Below, in pieces: positions 60,455-64,000 of a DNA stretch of 64,000 nt. The position numbers and the translations under genes are program-made. The notes beneath the pieces were generated by a model. The model was not told the origin of the DNA. It saw nothing but the letters and a program-made list of their open reading frames with translations, and made no database searches. This DNA is from Chiloscyllium plagiosum. Lineage: Eukaryota. The stretch spans positions 70,045,893 through 70,109,892 of the forward strand of contig NC_057719.1 in the NCBI RefSeq assembly GCF_004010195.1, given 5' to 3'. Within the stretch, counting starts at the first letter, position 1, and every line of letters begins with the position of its first letter.

Positions 60455-61515
60455 GCTTTAGAAAATCTCAGTGTAGTGAGACAAGTAGCAAGCATAATGT
60501 TAACATGTGAATTTTAATAGCTAGGGCCATACTATGATAATTATGAGCTTGTGAGAGTTTCAAATTCAAATTATTCTGTTTAAATCTGAGAAAAACGTAC
60601 ATATGTAAACTGAAATCTCACACATAAGCAAGTCTAAATGATAGTTGAAGTGATTTGTCAAGAGACAGCAATTACACAAGAGCTTTATAATGTTAAAGCT
60701 GTTAATATTTTAAGTTTCAGTGCAAAAGGTACAAATTGAGATTAGGCTATTGATTTATTCTAAACAGGAGTAGAGAGCGGAATAAAAGAGGGGAAAGTTC
60801 AGCAAATTAACACTACTCATTGTTCCCACTTTCAAAGTGCCATCACATCTTACTTTATTCTCCCTGGTTTGGGAACACATGGGATTTAAAAGAAAATAAT
60901 TATAAGCTCTAGATCAAGACAATTGGGTTCTATTTACTTGGGACAAATTTTATTTGTAAAAGTTCACATTGCAGCAAAGTAGCACTTGCACTGCACCAAG
61001 TTGTTCAATTGTTAAAAAATGCACCAAAGCAGCTTCACAGTGTAAAATGTAATTGTCCACAACAAGAGTCCAGAGAAAGAAACTTTAGTTCTAAATCAGC
61101 TGAGCAGATGTTTAAAACACCAAAGCAGTGAAAAAGTCAGACTGAAGGGATATCATTTTTTGAGCTTTTAGAAAACGAATTGCAGCCAAGATAAACCAAC
61201 ACCATTCGAGAAACAGAAAGTGAAAACAAAAAAAATTAATGAACAAAGCAATTCTGCTATTTCAACTGCATTTCAAATGGCCAAAAGCATGCAATCCCTA
61301 AACATATAAACACACAAAGACCACACACACAAACAGGACGAATAATTGAAAAAGATTCTTCCTGTATTTTTTTTTAAAAAATCAGAAAAAACACCTACAG
61401 TGCATTTCCAGTGTACAAGCAATTGTAATTGAATCCAGGTCTTGGAAACAGTTCAAAATAAGTTTCTATGGTAACCAACATGCACAATAATAAAGTCTGA
61501 AGAAAATGCCATTAC

Positions 61516-61561
61516 CTTTTGAATTGCCTGAAAGCTGTAAAAGGTCTGAGAAAACAAGCAT
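61516..61561 (-). CDS. Weak candidate first coding exon (or 30-nt micro-exon 61516-61545)
   Basis: aaaATG preceded by an in-frame TGA; MLVFSDLLQLSGNSK; donor AAG|gtaatg in phase 1, compatible with 55583-55726. An internal acceptor cttgttttctcag is also present. Confidence 0.2.
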
Positions 61562-64000
61562 TTTCTCTGATCAGATGGAGCAAAATAATCATTCACATGA
61601 TATTTGGCTCAAGACACTTAGACATTCCTTTGAACTCTGACACATTTTCTGCAGAATTCCACATTTCCAGTATAAATTTCCCACTGGCTTAAAAGACGGG
61701 CTCTTAAAATGTTCGTCTTCCAAAATGGCAGTTCCAGTGTTTAAATCCCAGGTTATTTACAACCCCTTTTATTTAAAAAATTATGCTTTTAATTTTCCAC
61801 ATTAGATCTTTAATATTAGATTGCACATTTTGCAATAATATAGTACAACTGTTTCAACTTCAAGTGCAATCTAACACAGCATTTCATGGACATTGATATT
61901 TTGCCATCAGTATTACGATCACTGCTTTTAAAATTCCAAATGATTAAATAAAAATACTAACTGTGCCAGCAGCATTTTAACTTCACTTCCAATCAAAGAC
62001 TGCTGAGTAAAACTGTTTGCATGTATTTGATGTATCAGATTTCTGATTTTCCTGACTCGAGCAGTACTTATGTGTGGTGTAACTAATTACCCACTTCTAC
62101 TGCTGGCAAAAAAATCATTTTTGGCTCTACACAATAACTATGAAATAAAAGACTGTAAATGATATTTATAGTTGCATTACATTCAGCAAAATCTTCCACA
62201 ATGGTCATCCAAAATGTGCACTGCAAGCTCTGAAATCATCATGTGATTTGGCAAGGAATTTTCACCACTTCTGTTGGCAAGAGTGCAGAATCAATTATGT
62301 TCCCAGTAGGTGTAAAGCACAGGTACCTAGATACAACAGCAGTTTGAATCCTTGGATTCTTGTTGAATGCCTTTAATCTTTTAATATTCATTCACTCTTT
62401 TAACAATCTATGCAAAATCTTATTGTAAATTATTGTTTATCATATTTTAAAGTGCAATTGGCTCACTTTAAACAATAACCTTTATATTCATTGACCTTTT
62501 TCCTGTCAAGTTTTGAGTTTGAACATAGCCTAGATGAATGAGATTAATAGCTTTCCTCGACAGCTGTTTAAGTGAAATGGGTTTCAACAGTCTAAACCTA
62601 GATCCCAATGGATTACAGTGTGCAGCATAAAACTCCCCATAATAAATAGACACAGCTATAATTGGATGCTCTCACTCATGGGAATCAGAAGGATTAGCCA
62701 GTACCAGTAGTATCAAGCTGGTGTACTTGCAGTAATGTTCAGAGGCTGGGATTATGTCAAATTCTATGGAAATTTGAAAGGAATGCAACTGCTTTAAAGG
62801 AAAGCAAAGAAAAAGAAACATTCTTCACCCTTAGCATGTGTTTTCCTGAAAACATTACTAAATTAAAGCAACTATATTAATATGCAATGCAACACTGAAT
62901 GACATTTTATTGAGTTACGTTTTCATGAACAAAATACATCTTTGAATTTTTTTAAACAATTAAGTAGATGGATAAATATCCCGAAGCCAGCAGGTGAATG
63001 GTATGATATCACTGATTGTGCATCTATTTGAGGATAACACCTACACAGGGTCATAGGTTTCTACTATGGCCCTGGTTACCACAAACCTGACCCCAGGAAA
63101 TCTGGACTGGCACGTCAGAGTTTCCTCCCAGGTGATGGTATTCCTTGATGGCAGGCTGGGCAACATGAAAACCGAGTTTATTGGCTATGGATACAATCTG
63201 GATGCTAGACTGGCCTCGTTGGACAAGCACTGCAATGAAGTTTAATAAAATAATGAATCCAAAAACATCGCTTTGGCCCTCACCCCTACCAATCCCCTCT
63301 CTATGCGAAACCATGCAACCTCAAACTCCATGCAACCACATGCCCCTCCGTCTTGCCCCCATGGTCTCTCACAAACCCTGTGCCAATCCATGGTTCCTGT
63401 ATCCAATATCTTAGCCATTATAGCCTCTATGCCAGCAGGGTGCCAACTCATGCTACACCTTCCTCCTCCACATCCATTTCTATTCCATATTTCTTTGGCA
63501 GTTTTAACAGTTCCAATGTGTTTGTGAACTTTTTCAACAAATTTGTATATTGTGCCTGGCCCAGTAAGGGCACCAGAGTCCCTCCAGAGACCATACACAT
63601 AGACGTACCGCCACTTTTCAAAATGGTACCCTGACTATCCAAAATAAAGTCTGAAGCACCGATAAATCCTTAAGTGTTGAAATTAAAATGGGATTATTAA
63701 AATGATATTAAAATGGGATGATATTAAAGTGGAGGTAGCTGACTATTTAAATTGCCATCCATCTCAAAAAACCATTCAAGTGTGAAGACTAGACTGTCCT
63801 GCAACTTGCTCCATGAAAATGGGAAATGATGCATTTGGGAGAGGGACTGCTGATTTTAGGGATTTGTGCCATTTTTTTCCCCATGACTGACAGCCTTCAC
63901 CTTGCTGCAAAAATCTGCATGTCTAGGGTTTTCAAGTGAAGACCAGGCCGATTCTTGACTCGACAATTTTTGTACACATGGGACAGCATTTCTTATATGA

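Noticed and set aside
61816..61874. 11-bp inverted repeat with 37-nt spacer
   Set aside because: Too short in AT-rich DNA to be meaningful without other support.
63051..63642. Cluster of overlapping ORFs on both strands
   Set aside because: CCATGC-rich low-complexity tract resembling 48380-48720, probably a decayed repeat; no recognisable domain.

Overview
Eukaryotic, AT-rich, CpG-depleted genomic DNA, almost certainly from a shark or ray, because it carries six HE1-type tRNA-derived SINEs. It looks like a large intron or intergenic region that is roughly half decayed transposable elements. These include CR1 LINEs (ORF1 esterase, endonuclease and RT fragments), a second LINE family of the 'AFDRVWH' RT type, a Rex1/Babar LINE, old L2-like LINEs, Deu-domain SINEs, Ty3/Gypsy gag and RNase H remnants, a solo LTR, and Harbinger-type Myb/SANT remnants. 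There are also at least six Penelope-like element (PLE) insertions. No intact protein-coding gene can be named, and most ORFs in the track are repeat-derived or chance. The most structured signal is in the PLEs: they carry minimal type I hammerhead-ribozyme motifs with visible helix covariation, several form long inverted repeats, and three have 12-13 bp target-site duplications. One is a 378-bp coding-free palindrome with outward-facing CRE, TATA and hammerhead motifs. Hammerheads in PLEs are an established phenomenon, so this is not claimed as a new system. A few minus-strand segments with good splice sites and compatible phases may be exons of an unidentified host gene (low confidence). Family assignments come from recognised motifs, not database searches, and repeat boundaries are approximate.
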